A stretch of 28,789 nt of DNA, taken from NCBI GenBank assembly GCA_964474185.1, contig CAYYRI010000001.1, forward strand, positions 1-28,789, in the 5' to 3' direction. Under the pieces are notes generated by a model. It made no database searches and was not told the DNA's origin. It was given only the letters and a program-made list of their open reading frames with translations. This document shows, piece by piece, positions 1-6,681 of this stretch. A program made the translations under genes and the position numbers. The DNA is from an uncultured Candidatus Saccharibacteria bacterium (GTDB lineage Bacteria > Patescibacteriota > Minisyncoccia > Minisyncoccales > RBG-13-42-11). Numbering within the stretch: position 1 is the stretch's first letter; every line of letters starts with the position of its first letter.

Positions 1-96
1 TGGGAAGAATTGCGAACAATACCATTAGATGAATTTACTGAAGAGAAGTTGGCAAATATTTTTGAAGATTTGGCCAGAAAATGCAGAATATTATAA
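1..96 (+). CDS. 3' end of an unidentified CDS entering from the left edge (...WEELRTIPLDEFTEEKLANIFEDLARKCRIL*)
   Basis: Frame 1 is open from the window edge to TAA at 94-96. A hairpin terminator follows. No recognisable domain in the 31 residues visible. Confidence 0.3.
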   Translation, partial: WEELRTIPLDEFTEEKLANIFEDLARKCRIL

Positions 97-104
97 TAAA
101 CGAG

Positions 105-136
105 AAAGGTGTCAGATTGTCTTTTCTGGCACCTTT
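105..136 (+). terminator. Rho-independent terminator-like hairpin
   Basis: AAAGGTGTCAGA (105-116) pairs with TCTGGCACCTTT (125-136), with one mismatch. A T-rich tract (TCTAATTTATTT) follows. Confidence 0.5.
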
Positions 137-294
137 TCTAATTTATTTATTCGTTTTATTTATCGAAATAATTTGATTTTTCAAAAATTAGTTAGATATT
201 CGAAGTATTCATTGTGTTTATACTTCTTTCCGTATTCTGAACAAAAAAACCCATCGCTGGGCAATTTTTAAAAAGATTAACTTTAAGTTAAAGT

Positions 295-525
295 TTATTT
301 CATTGATTTTAGTATTTCTTCTTTTTTGAATTCTTTTTCGAGAAGAAATTTACAGATATTATTAACAACTTCACTTTTAACATTGTTGTGTCTTGGGATG
401 GTAGTCTTTTTCCCATTTTCTATACATTTTGCACAACTATGATTACCGCCTTCGGATATAGAAAGTCCAAATCGTTTGAGGGCACTGATTATTTTATCAT
501 ATTTTCCTGGGAAGAAAAAACTCAC
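295..525 (-). CDS. hicA: HicA-family mRNA interferase toxin (type II TA)
   Basis: 76 aa. Contains ...KRFGLSISEGGNHSCAKCIENGKKTTIPRHNNVK..., matching the HicA pattern G-(S/G)-N-H...T-I-P-R-H. Lies directly downstream of a HicB-like ORF. Confidence 0.75.
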   Translation of the reverse strand: MSFFFPGKYDKIISALKRFGLSISEGGNHSCAKCIENGKKTTIPRHNNVKSEVVNNICKFLLEKEFKKEEILKSMK

Positions 526-537
526 GAAGGTTGGAAT

Positions 538-879
538 TTAACGAGACGCTCCTTGGGTAAAGAGTATAGTAATTGGTTGCCGTGGAAATGTTGCAGAAGC
601 ACATTTGTCCCAGGTTTGGATTTTCTTTTTTAATTTCTCGGCTGGGAAATAACGTGGCAAAAAAGAAAAATACTCTACGGGGATATCGAAATAAGTATAA
701 ACCGCATCATTAACCATTACAAATAATTCTTCTCCATTCTCGGCCTGTGTAAAACAGCCGGGCAAGCTTAATATCTCCACCCAAAAACCTCCATCTTTAG
801 ATTTCCCAATCCTGACCTTAATGGAATGTGGGAGTTGAGATTGATGGTGGACTAGTTTAGTAAAATCAATAGAGGACAT
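538..879 (-). CDS. hicB: HicB-like antitoxin (UPF0150 N-terminal fold)
   Basis: 113 aa. GGFWVEILSLPGCFTQAENGEELFVMVNDAV matches the HicB motif (LPGC-x-TQG-x-T-x-EE). A 12-nt gap separates it from hicA. Confidence 0.7.
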   Translation of the reverse strand: MSSIDFTKLVHHQSQLPHSIKVRIGKSKDGGFWVEILSLPGCFTQAENGEELFVMVNDAVYTYFDIPVEYFSFLPRYFPAEKLKKKIQTWDKCASATFPRQPITILFTQGASR

Positions 880-922
880 AAATATAAAACATTTTATTTA
901 CTTAAAACGTTCTTCTTTTTTT

Positions 923-951
923 ACTCTATCGCAAGCAAAAAAGGTAGTCAA
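923..951 (-). promoter_or_regulatory. Candidate sigma70-type promoter for hicBA
   Basis: Minus strand reads TTGACT (951-946), 17-nt spacer, TAGAGT (928-923). Lies about 45 nt upstream of the hicB start. Confidence 0.3.
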
Positions 952-1118
952 GAAGTGGAATGGTAGCATAATCGAGCTTTTAAAAAGTGATTTTTATCTA
1001 AACCTTCACCTCCAACTTAAACTTGAGATAATTGTTGGGATACTGTCCCTGCTTTAAAAAACGGGCAAGCCGTAAGAAACATCGGCCTCGACTTCGATAA
1101 TCTGGGCGTCCAAACCCA

Positions 1119-1493
1119 CTATTTATTTTCGCACTTTATGCAAAATCGGGCTTCGGGATGAACTTTTAATCTCTCTTCGGGAATTTCTTTCCCGCATTTT
1201 TCGCAGATTCCATATTTTCCCCTTTGGATTTTTTCCAAAGCCAGATTGATATCTTTCAAACTTGTTTCCAAGTTGTGTTCTATGGGTAAAAGATTGCCGT
1301 ATTCCGTCACTTCGTCGGCCGCTTTTTCCAAAGCGGCGCTGCCCGATTCTCCCCCGTCAAATTTCGGAAAACGCGTATCCCAATCCCCCTTAACCTTTTC
1401 ATCTTTTTTCGCAAAGCTTTTAAGCTGCTGTTCGGTCGCCGTCTTTTGTTTTTCCAATCTTTCTTTTAATTCATCAATTAATTTATTATTCAC
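1119..1493 (-). CDS. DksA/TraR-family C4 zinc-finger protein
   Basis: 124 aa. C-terminal CEKCGKEIPEERLKVHPEARFCIKC is the TraR/DksA C4 zinc finger, with a coiled-coil-like N-terminus. The start codon is GTG, and there is no other in-frame start. Confidence 0.8.
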   Translation of the reverse strand: MNNKLIDELKERLEKQKTATEQQLKSFAKKDEKVKGDWDTRFPKFDGGESGSAALEKAADEVTEYGNLLPIEHNLETSLKDINLALEKIQRGKYGICEKCGKEIPEERLKVHPEARFCIKCENK

Positions 1494-1622
1494 CTCGTTA
1501 GAAGTCTGCCGTTATATAACATATAGTTAATTTCAGACAGACTTTTGTTTCTTGATTTCACCCCGTTATTTTAAAACAGAAAAAATTTCTATAATTTTTT
1601 CTGCCAAGGACTTCTAACGGGG
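1493..1622 (+). repeat. About 130-nt element with terminal inverted repeats, copy A (family shared with 18321-18454)
   Basis: Left arm CCTCGTTAGAAGT (1493-1505) pairs with right arm ACTTCTAACGGGG (1610-1622). Shares AATTTCAGAC and the CAGAAAAAATTT...AATTTTTTCTG hairpin with copy B. Confidence 0.7.
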
Positions 1623-1632
1623 TTCATCTTTT

Positions 1633-2625
1633 TTACTGAGTTAATTTATTTAAGACCTTTGTCATGCTTTCTCCGGAAGTCGTCCAGAGGAAGTAATCAT
1701 CAAGCATGGAATAGCAGATGCCGAAATTGGCTGGCGGGAAAGAAATATAGCGGAAGCTCGTTCCCTTATAGGAAGCCGTCCTGAAGTAAGAAACCGGGGC
1801 CATCCCTTGTTTTCCCAAGACCGTGAAAAGCGCTTCCGTGTCTTTTTCCATCGTCGGCTCCCAGGAATTCAACGCGTTAACCAGGCCCGCCTTGTCTTTG
1901 ATTTCGGCCGCAAAACCCAGCCGGTTTGCGCCTATGCTGGAATAAATGAATAAAGTGAAGTCGTCGTTTAATTTATCCAGGAATCCTTCGGGCGTTTTTA
2001 CTTGGAATAATTCAAAAAATTCTTTTAATCCTAAAATTTTATTTTCCGTTTTGTTTTCGATTAAAATCCGCACAAAACTGTCGGCATCAAATTTTTTCCC
2101 CAAAATATCCGGTAAAGAAGTCGATGCTTCTATCGGAGACGAAATTTCCAATGTTTCGGTGGCGTTTACCGAAATTAAAGATAGGGGGATGACAATTTCC
2201 TGCCCTTCGGTAACTTCTTCTCCCGTGGGAGTTATTTCTTCTCCGGGCGTTATCTCTTCCTCCGGAGGATTCTCCGTTTTCCTTATCCCGAAGAACCAAT
2301 AAAAAAATCCAACGAATAAAAAAAGAACCGACACAGCAATTATTCTTATCAGAACTTTTTGAAAAGGAGAAGGTTTTTTTGGGAATTTCGGAATTAAGCT
2401 TTCAACCTTTCCTTTTTCTATTCCCTCCTCTTCTTTTTCGACCCGTCCTGCGGGAAGCTTGCTCGCCTCGGGAATTTTTTCTCCCGGGGTTATCGCGGCA
2501 ATTCTTTCTCTTTCTTTCTGAGCTTCCGTTTCCCGGAGCCTGGCAACGTCTTTTTGCATTGTGACGATTTCTTCTCTTTTCAGAAATTCCAACCTCTCCT
2601 CCGGTTTTTTTTGATTTTCCTCCAT
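1633..2625 (-). CDS. Hypothetical single-pass membrane protein (charged N-terminus, one TM helix, about 200-aa C-terminal domain)
   Basis: 330-aa ORF. TM segment IRIIAVSVLFLFVGFFYWFF, followed by a Pro/Glu/Thr-rich linker. Tightly packed, starting 3 nt after the pnp stop. No family recognised. Confidence 0.65.
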   Translation of the reverse strand: MEENQKKPEERLEFLKREEIVTMQKDVARLRETEAQKERERIAAITPGEKIPEASKLPAGRVEKEEEGIEKGKVESLIPKFPKKPSPFQKVLIRIIAVSVLFLFVGFFYWFFGIRKTENPPEEEITPGEEITPTGEEVTEGQEIVIPLSLISVNATETLEISSPIEASTSLPDILGKKFDADSFVRILIENKTENKILGLKEFFELFQVKTPEGFLDKLNDDFTLFIYSSIGANRLGFAAEIKDKAGLVNALNSWEPTMEKDTEALFTVLGKQGMAPVSYFRTASYKGTSFRYISFPPANFGICYSMLDDYFLWTTSGESMTKVLNKLTQ

Positions 2626-2628
2626 TTT

Positions 2629-4791
2629 TTAGGGTTTGTCTCTCGCCTCTTTTAACGAGAGGTTAATTCTTCCTTGTTCGTCAATTGAAATCACTTTAAC
2701 GGGAATAATATCCCCGATTTTTACTATGTCTTCCACTTTATTGACTCGATAGTCAGCCAACTGGGAAATGTGAACCAGTCCGTCCTGGCCGGGTAAAATT
2801 TCGACGAAAGCGCCGAAATCCAGAATTCTTTGTACTTTGCCCTGGAATATTTCCCCCACTTTTACCTCTCTGGTGATATTTTTTATCCAGTCGGCGGCTT
2901 TTATTCCGGCTGTTTCTTTTTCAGCGGTGATGAAGATTCTCCCCGAATCTTCGATGTCGATTGAAACTCCGCACTCTTCGATTATTTCATTGATAATTTT
3001 CCCTCCGGGGCCGATCACCTCCCTGATTTTCTCGGGATTAATCTGCAGAATTATGATTCTCGGGGCGTAGGGTGAAAGTTCGGGCCTGGAGCTTGAAATA
3101 ACCTTTGACATTTCGTCCAGGATCTGAAGCCGGGCCCTTTTTCCCCGGGCAAGGGCTTCTTTTAAAATTTCTTCTCCGATTCCCTCGATTTTTACATCCA
3201 TCTGGATCGCGGTTATCCCGTCTTTTGTTCCGGCTATCTTGAAATCCATGTCTCCGTGATGATCTTCCGGTCCCTGTATATCGGTTAAAATTTTGTAATT
3301 GCCTTTGCCATCCTGCATCAATCCCAGAGCGATTCCGGCCGCCTGTTTCTTTATCGGCACTCCGGCATCCATCAAAGCCAAAATTGAACTGGAAACCGAA
3401 GCCATTGAAGTGGAGCCGTTGGATGAAAGAATTTCAGTGACAATTCTCATCGTGTAAGGAAATTCATCAAAACTCGGAATGAGGGGGAACAAAGCTTTTT
3501 CCGCCAGCATGCCGTGGCCGATTTCCCGCCTGCCCGGCCCCCTTAAGGGTTTTATCTCTCCGGAAGAATAGGGCGGAAAATTGTAGTGATGCATAAAACG
3601 TTTTTTCCCGGTAACTTCCATGCCTTCCAGCAGTTTTACGTCGCTCGGCGCTCCCAAAGTTAAAATCGAAAGAGCATGGGTGATGCCCCGGCAAAATAAA
3701 CCCGAGCCGTGAGTTCTCGGCAGTAATCCCACCTCAACCTGGATTTTTCTTATTTCATCGATTTTCCTGCCGTCGGGTCTTTTTTCCGAAGCGATCGCGT
3801 TTTTATGGACCAATCTGTTGATTTCTTCCTCGAAAATCCGAGCCGCAGCGGAGGATGAAGAAGAGGATTTATTCTCTTCGCCCATACTGGCAGGATATTT
3901 CCTCCGGATATGATAAATCAGCTCGTCTTTAAGTTGATTTACATCGTCCATCCTTTCTGCTTTGTCTTTCTGATAAAGGGCATTTTCCAGCCTGTCCCCC
4001 AGAAAATCCTTGATTTCTTTTTCCAATTCCGGATCTTGCGGAGGCTCGTTGATTTTAATTTTTTCTTTCCCGACTTTTTCGGCAATTTCTTTTTGGAAAT
4101 CGATCAGTTTTTTTAAATAAGGCTTGGCCGATTCTATCGCCTCCACGACCACGCTTTCCTCGATTTCATCTCCTTCGAGCTCCATCATACTGATCAAAAC
4201 ATCGTCATTATCTTTGTTCCCTAAAAATCGCGCGGATGGGGAAGACATCCCCGTTACGGCAAAATCCAAATTGCTTTTTTCCCTTTCGGCATAGGTAGGA
4301 TTCAAGATAAATTTTTCTTCTCCTTTTCCGATTCTCAAAGCGGCTATGGGGCCTGACCAGGGAATGTCGGATATGGAGAGCGCAAGAGAGGCCGCAATCA
4401 ATCCTATGATATCCGGGTCGTTTTCTCCATCCCAGGAAAGGCAGGTGACAACCACCTGAACTTCTCTTTTTAAATTCTGGGGAAAGCAGGGCCTGATTGC
4501 TCTGTCGATGAATCGGGAAGTCAAAATAGCCTCATCCGAAGGCCGACTTTCCCTTCTTAAGTACCTGGAACCTAATATTTTTCCGGCGGCATAAAATCTT
4601 TCCTCATAATCAACGGTTAAAGGGAAAAAACCCGCTCCCTCAGATTCGTTTTTAGACATTACCGCCGTAGCCAAAACCAGAGTGTCTCCGTATTGAACCA
4701 AAACATTGCCCGACGCTTGTTCGGCCAGATTCCTGATTTCCACTTTAAGTTCTTTTCCTCCGATTTCTAGTTTGAAAGTTTCCTTGATCAT
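2629..4791 (-). CDS. pnp: Polyribonucleotide nucleotidyltransferase (PNPase)
   Basis: 720 aa. Two RNase PH-like halves (FPLTVDYEERFYAAGKI; GLLPRTHGSGLF), KH (GPGGKIINEIIEE) and S1 (VGEIFQGKVQRILDFGAFVE) domains. Confidence 0.97.
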   Translation of the reverse strand: MIKETFKLEIGGKELKVEIRNLAEQASGNVLVQYGDTLVLATAVMSKNESEGAGFFPLTVDYEERFYAAGKILGSRYLRRESRPSDEAILTSRFIDRAIRPCFPQNLKREVQVVVTCLSWDGENDPDIIGLIAASLALSISDIPWSGPIAALRIGKGEEKFILNPTYAEREKSNLDFAVTGMSSPSARFLGNKDNDDVLISMMELEGDEIEESVVVEAIESAKPYLKKLIDFQKEIAEKVGKEKIKINEPPQDPELEKEIKDFLGDRLENALYQKDKAERMDDVNQLKDELIYHIRRKYPASMGEENKSSSSSSAAARIFEEEINRLVHKNAIASEKRPDGRKIDEIRKIQVEVGLLPRTHGSGLFCRGITHALSILTLGAPSDVKLLEGMEVTGKKRFMHHYNFPPYSSGEIKPLRGPGRREIGHGMLAEKALFPLIPSFDEFPYTMRIVTEILSSNGSTSMASVSSSILALMDAGVPIKKQAAGIALGLMQDGKGNYKILTDIQGPEDHHGDMDFKIAGTKDGITAIQMDVKIEGIGEEILKEALARGKRARLQILDEMSKVISSSRPELSPYAPRIIILQINPEKIREVIGPGGKIINEIIEECGVSIDIEDSGRIFITAEKETAGIKAADWIKNITREVKVGEIFQGKVQRILDFGAFVEILPGQDGLVHISQLADYRVNKVEDIVKIGDIIPVKVISIDEQGRINLSLKEARDKP
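3837..3882 (-). repeat. GC-rich hairpin repeat inserted in phase within pnp (encodes GEENKSSSSSSAAARIF)
   Basis: Minus strand GGCGAAGAGAATAAATCCTCTTCTTCATCCTCCGCTGCGGCTCGGA closely matches 10021-10066, 10258-10303 and 20401-20446. Confidence 0.75.
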
Positions 4792-5291
4792 TTTTTGAAA
4801 AGATATTTCTCCGGGTTATCCTCTAGATTTATGAATTCGTCGGCTCCTTCTTTTATTTTCAACGAAGCCGATTTTCCGAAAGCGATGACTTCTATCCTCT
4901 TACCCTGGTTTCTTAAAAATTCGATCAATTGCAGGAAGTCGCCGTCTCCCGAAGCCAGAACAATGGTATCTATACTGGGTGCGATTCTTATGGCATCAAC
5001 CGTGATGCCGACGTCCCAGTCGGCTTTTTTTAATCCGCCGAAATATTCCTGCAGATCCTTGACCCTCATTTCAATTCCCAATTTAGTCAGGGCTTCAAAA
5101 AAGGGTTTTTCCTCGCCGGTTTTTGTCCTGACGACGTAAGCGAATGCCCTAATCAGATTTCTCTGCGATATGCCCAATTTTAAAACGGCTCCGAAATTAA
5201 CCCGAGCTCCGTATAAATTTTTGGCCGAATGATACAGGTTTTGAACGTCGATTAAGACGGCCACCCTTTGTCCTTCGTGTTTTATCACCAT
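4788..5291 (-). CDS. NYN-domain (LabA-like) predicted ribonuclease
   Basis: RVAVLIDVQNLY...VLASGDGDFLQLIEFLRNQGKRIEVIAF is typical of the NYN/LabA family. Its stop overlaps the pnp start (ATGA). I prefer the ATG at 5291 (MVIKHEGQRVAV...) because the longer ORF (to 5393) reads through a structured non-coding region. Confidence 0.8.
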   Translation of the reverse strand: MVIKHEGQRVAVLIDVQNLYHSAKNLYGARVNFGAVLKLGISQRNLIRAFAYVVRTKTGEEKPFFEALTKLGIEMRVKDLQEYFGGLKKADWDVGITVDAIRIAPSIDTIVLASGDGDFLQLIEFLRNQGKRIEVIAFGKSASLKIKEGADEFINLEDNPEKYLFKK

Positions 5292-5292
5292 A

Positions 5293-5439
5293 CCCAGTAT
5301 ATCAACCCCGTAGCGAACTTTAGTTCGCAACAGGGTTCTTACTTTGATTATATTATTGTGCCCAGCATCTATCTTTGTGTTTTGAAAAACCATTTACTAA
5401 TCCGCCTTGGGTGGATTAGTACGGGGTTGTATTACTGGG
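5293..5439 (-). promoter_or_regulatory. Structured rpsO-to-NYN/pnp intergenic leader (long closing helix plus two internal hairpins)
   Basis: CCCAGTATATCAACCCCGTA (5293-5312) pairs with TACGGGGTTGTATTACTGGG (5420-5439) as 7+10 bp around a 3-nt mismatch. Inner hairpins are GCGAACTTTAGTTCGC and CTAATCCGCCTTGGGTGGATTAG. Confidence 0.45.
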
Positions 5440-5446
5440 CATAAAA

Positions 5447-5716
5447 TTACTTCTTTAATCCTCCGATTTTTTTCACGATACTGTTGTATCTTTTGGTGCT
5501 CTCTTTTTTCAGATAATTCAGGAGAGACTTTCTTTTCGAAACCATTTTCAGAAGTCCCCTCTTTGAATGGAGGTCTTTGGAGTGCTTTTTCAAATGCAAA
5601 AGCAGCCGCTTTATCTCTTCGGTAAGCAAAGCAATCTGGACTTCCGGAGAACCGGTATCGACATCGTGAATCTTGTAATCCTTTATTAAATTTTCTTTTT
5701 GTTCAGGTGTAAGCAT
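5447..5716 (-). CDS. rpsO: 30S ribosomal protein S15
   Basis: 89 aa. ...[50 protein letters not shown]... is a canonical S15 sequence. Confidence 0.97.
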   Translation of the reverse strand: MLTPEQKENLIKDYKIHDVDTGSPEVQIALLTEEIKRLLLHLKKHSKDLHSKRGLLKMVSKRKSLLNYLKKESTKRYNSIVKKIGGLKK

Positions 5717-5740
5717 ATTTTTTTAATTTTTACTTTTTAT

Positions 5741-5820
5741 GCCCTTCGACAATGCTCAGGGTACTTTGCCTCGCTGGCTCGCTTTTTTGCTTGCACTGAG
5801 CGAGCGGAGCGAGTCGAAGT
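5741..5820. repeat. Modular GC-rich palindromic element in the tRNA-Lys/rpsO spacer
   Basis: CCCTTCGAC...GTCGAAGTG ends. The inner inverted pair is CCTCGCTGGCTCGC / GAGCGAGCGGAGCGAG. Modules recur at 18199-18256, 1090-1112 and 11441-11463. Confidence 0.5.
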
Positions 5821-5821
5821 G

Positions 5822-5894
5822 TGCCCCCACCAGGACTCGAACCTGGAGTCAACTGCTTAAGAGGCAGCTGCTTTACCAGTTAAGCTATGAGGGC
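5822..5894 (-). tRNA. tRNA-Lys (anticodon CUU)
   Basis: 73 nt, cloverleaf folded by hand. Acceptor GCCCTCA/TGGGGGC, D arm GCTT-AACTGGTA-AAGC, anticodon loop CT-CTT-AA, T arm CCAGG-TTCGAGT-CCTGG, discriminator A. CCA is not encoded. Confidence 0.9.
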
Positions 5895-5899
5895 AGTTT

Positions 5900-6385
5900 C
5901 TATTGGATCGGACATTTCCCCGTGAATTCCCACCAATTTCCCAGACCCGTCCACTCTTGAATGCCCATGAAACCAAGGAGGGTGTTCAGAAGAATCCAAG
6001 CTATAAAAATAATCACTATGCCGATAATCGCCGCCGTAATCACTGATTTTGCCCGGTTCAAACTTTGGGGATTAATGCCGGCGGTTAAAAGATATAATCC
6101 GCCGATGATCAGCATTAGACCGCCGATTACGGGAGTGAGACAGGTCAGAATGAAATTAATGATATTGGTGATAAGGACAAAAATATGGCAGAATTGGCAA
6201 GCTGGCTGTTCCTGTCCTCCGCAGGGGACAATCGGTCCGCCGCAGTCCGCCAGAACCTGATTAGCCGGAAATAAAAAAAATCCGATTAGAATTCCTGACA
6301 ATATTAAATTTGGAAATTGGAATCTGGAAGCGAAGAGCGTTTGCTTTTCTTTATTTCGTTGCGACTCGATAATTGAAAATTTCAT
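5900..6385 (-). CDS. VirB2/TrbC-like (T4SS-pilin-like) small membrane protein of the type common in CPR genomes
   Basis: Signal/TM segment, then Cys motif CGGPIVPCGG...ACQFCHIFVLITNIINF, then two hydrophobic helices (PVIGGLMLIIGGLYLLTAG...AAIIGIVIIFIAWILLN). Start taken at MKFSII (6385); the upstream ATG at 6400 lies in a hairpin. Confidence 0.6.
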   Translation of the reverse strand: MKFSIIESQRNKEKQTLFASRFQFPNLILSGILIGFFLFPANQVLADCGGPIVPCGGQEQPACQFCHIFVLITNIINFILTCLTPVIGGLMLIIGGLYLLTAGINPQSLNRAKSVITAAIIGIVIIFIAWILLNTLLGFMGIQEWTGLGNWWEFTGKCPIQ

Positions 6386-6415
6386 ATACTGAGCTTCCAT
6401 TTATTATTTATGGAA

Positions 6416-6460
6416 GCGAAGTCGAAGAAGAGGAGAAAATCCTCTTCGCCTGCTGTGCCC
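6416..6460 (+). repeat. Diverged copy of the GTCGAAGAG-hairpin repeat family
   Basis: GCGAAGTCGAAGAAGAGGAGAAAATCCTCTTCGCCTGCTGTGCC contains the hairpin GAAGAGGA/TCCTCTTC and a related tail. Confidence 0.5.
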
Positions 6461-6536
6461 CCGGAAGGAGTCGCCCCGCACCAGAACAAGTTCGGTACGG
6501 GGTCTTCGGTCGCCGAAGGCGACCTCGAAACCCTTA

Positions 6537-6608
6537 TGCCCTCGCCAGGACTCGAACCCGGACCTCGGGGTCCGAAGCCCCGCATGATATCCGTTTCACC
6601 ACGAGGGC
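6537..6608 (-). tRNA. tRNA-Arg (anticodon UCG)
   Basis: 72 nt. Acceptor GCCCTCG/CGAGGGC, anticodon stem CGGGG/CCCCG with loop CT-TCG-GA, T arm CCGGG-TTCGAGT-CCTGG, discriminator A. CCA is not encoded. Confidence 0.9.
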
Positions 6609-6634
6609 GATTAATATTTATTCTATCATAAAGA

Positions 6635-6663
6635 TTGAAAAAGACAAGTTTTTGAGATAAGAT
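6635..6663 (+). promoter_or_regulatory. Candidate promoter for cca
   Basis: TTGAAA (6635-6640), 17-nt spacer, TAAGAT (6658-6663). Lies 19 nt upstream of the ATG. Confidence 0.3.
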
Positions 6664-6681
6664 GAACCCAGCAAAAGAAAA

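Noticed and set aside
29-271. 80-aa plus-strand ORF at the left edge
   Set aside because: It starts inside the tail of the incoming CDS in another frame and runs through the terminator hairpin and an AT-rich spacer. The translation is low complexity.
3846-3866. Poly-Ser tract in PNPase (SSSSSS) as a sign of frameshift or low-complexity sequencing artefact
   Set aside because: The reading frame is intact on both sides, and the tract is part of a repeat unit found at four other loci.
5292-5393. N-terminal 34-aa extension of the NYN protein (longest-ORF start at 5393)
   Set aside because: The extension is encoded by the hairpin-rich structured spacer. The NYN domain alignment begins right after the Met at 5291.
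5293-5439. Known small RNAs (SRP/4.5S, 6S, tmRNA fragments) in the rpsO-NYN spacer
   Set aside because: No SRP domain IV motif (GGAA tetraloop with AGCA/GCA loops) was found. The region is too short and lacks the central bubble expected of 6S RNA.
5739-5960. 73-aa plus-strand ORF (MPFDNAQGTLPRW...)
   Set aside because: It runs antisense through tRNA-Lys and the GC-rich palindromic element. The open frame comes from repeat and tRNA composition, and there is no coding signal.
6373-6660. Three overlapping ORFs (6373..6660 +, 6382..6585 -, 6410..6631 +)
   Set aside because: All cover tRNA-Arg and its hairpin-rich trailer. They overlap each other in different frames and give Arg/Pro/Gly-rich translations typical of GC-rich non-coding sequence.
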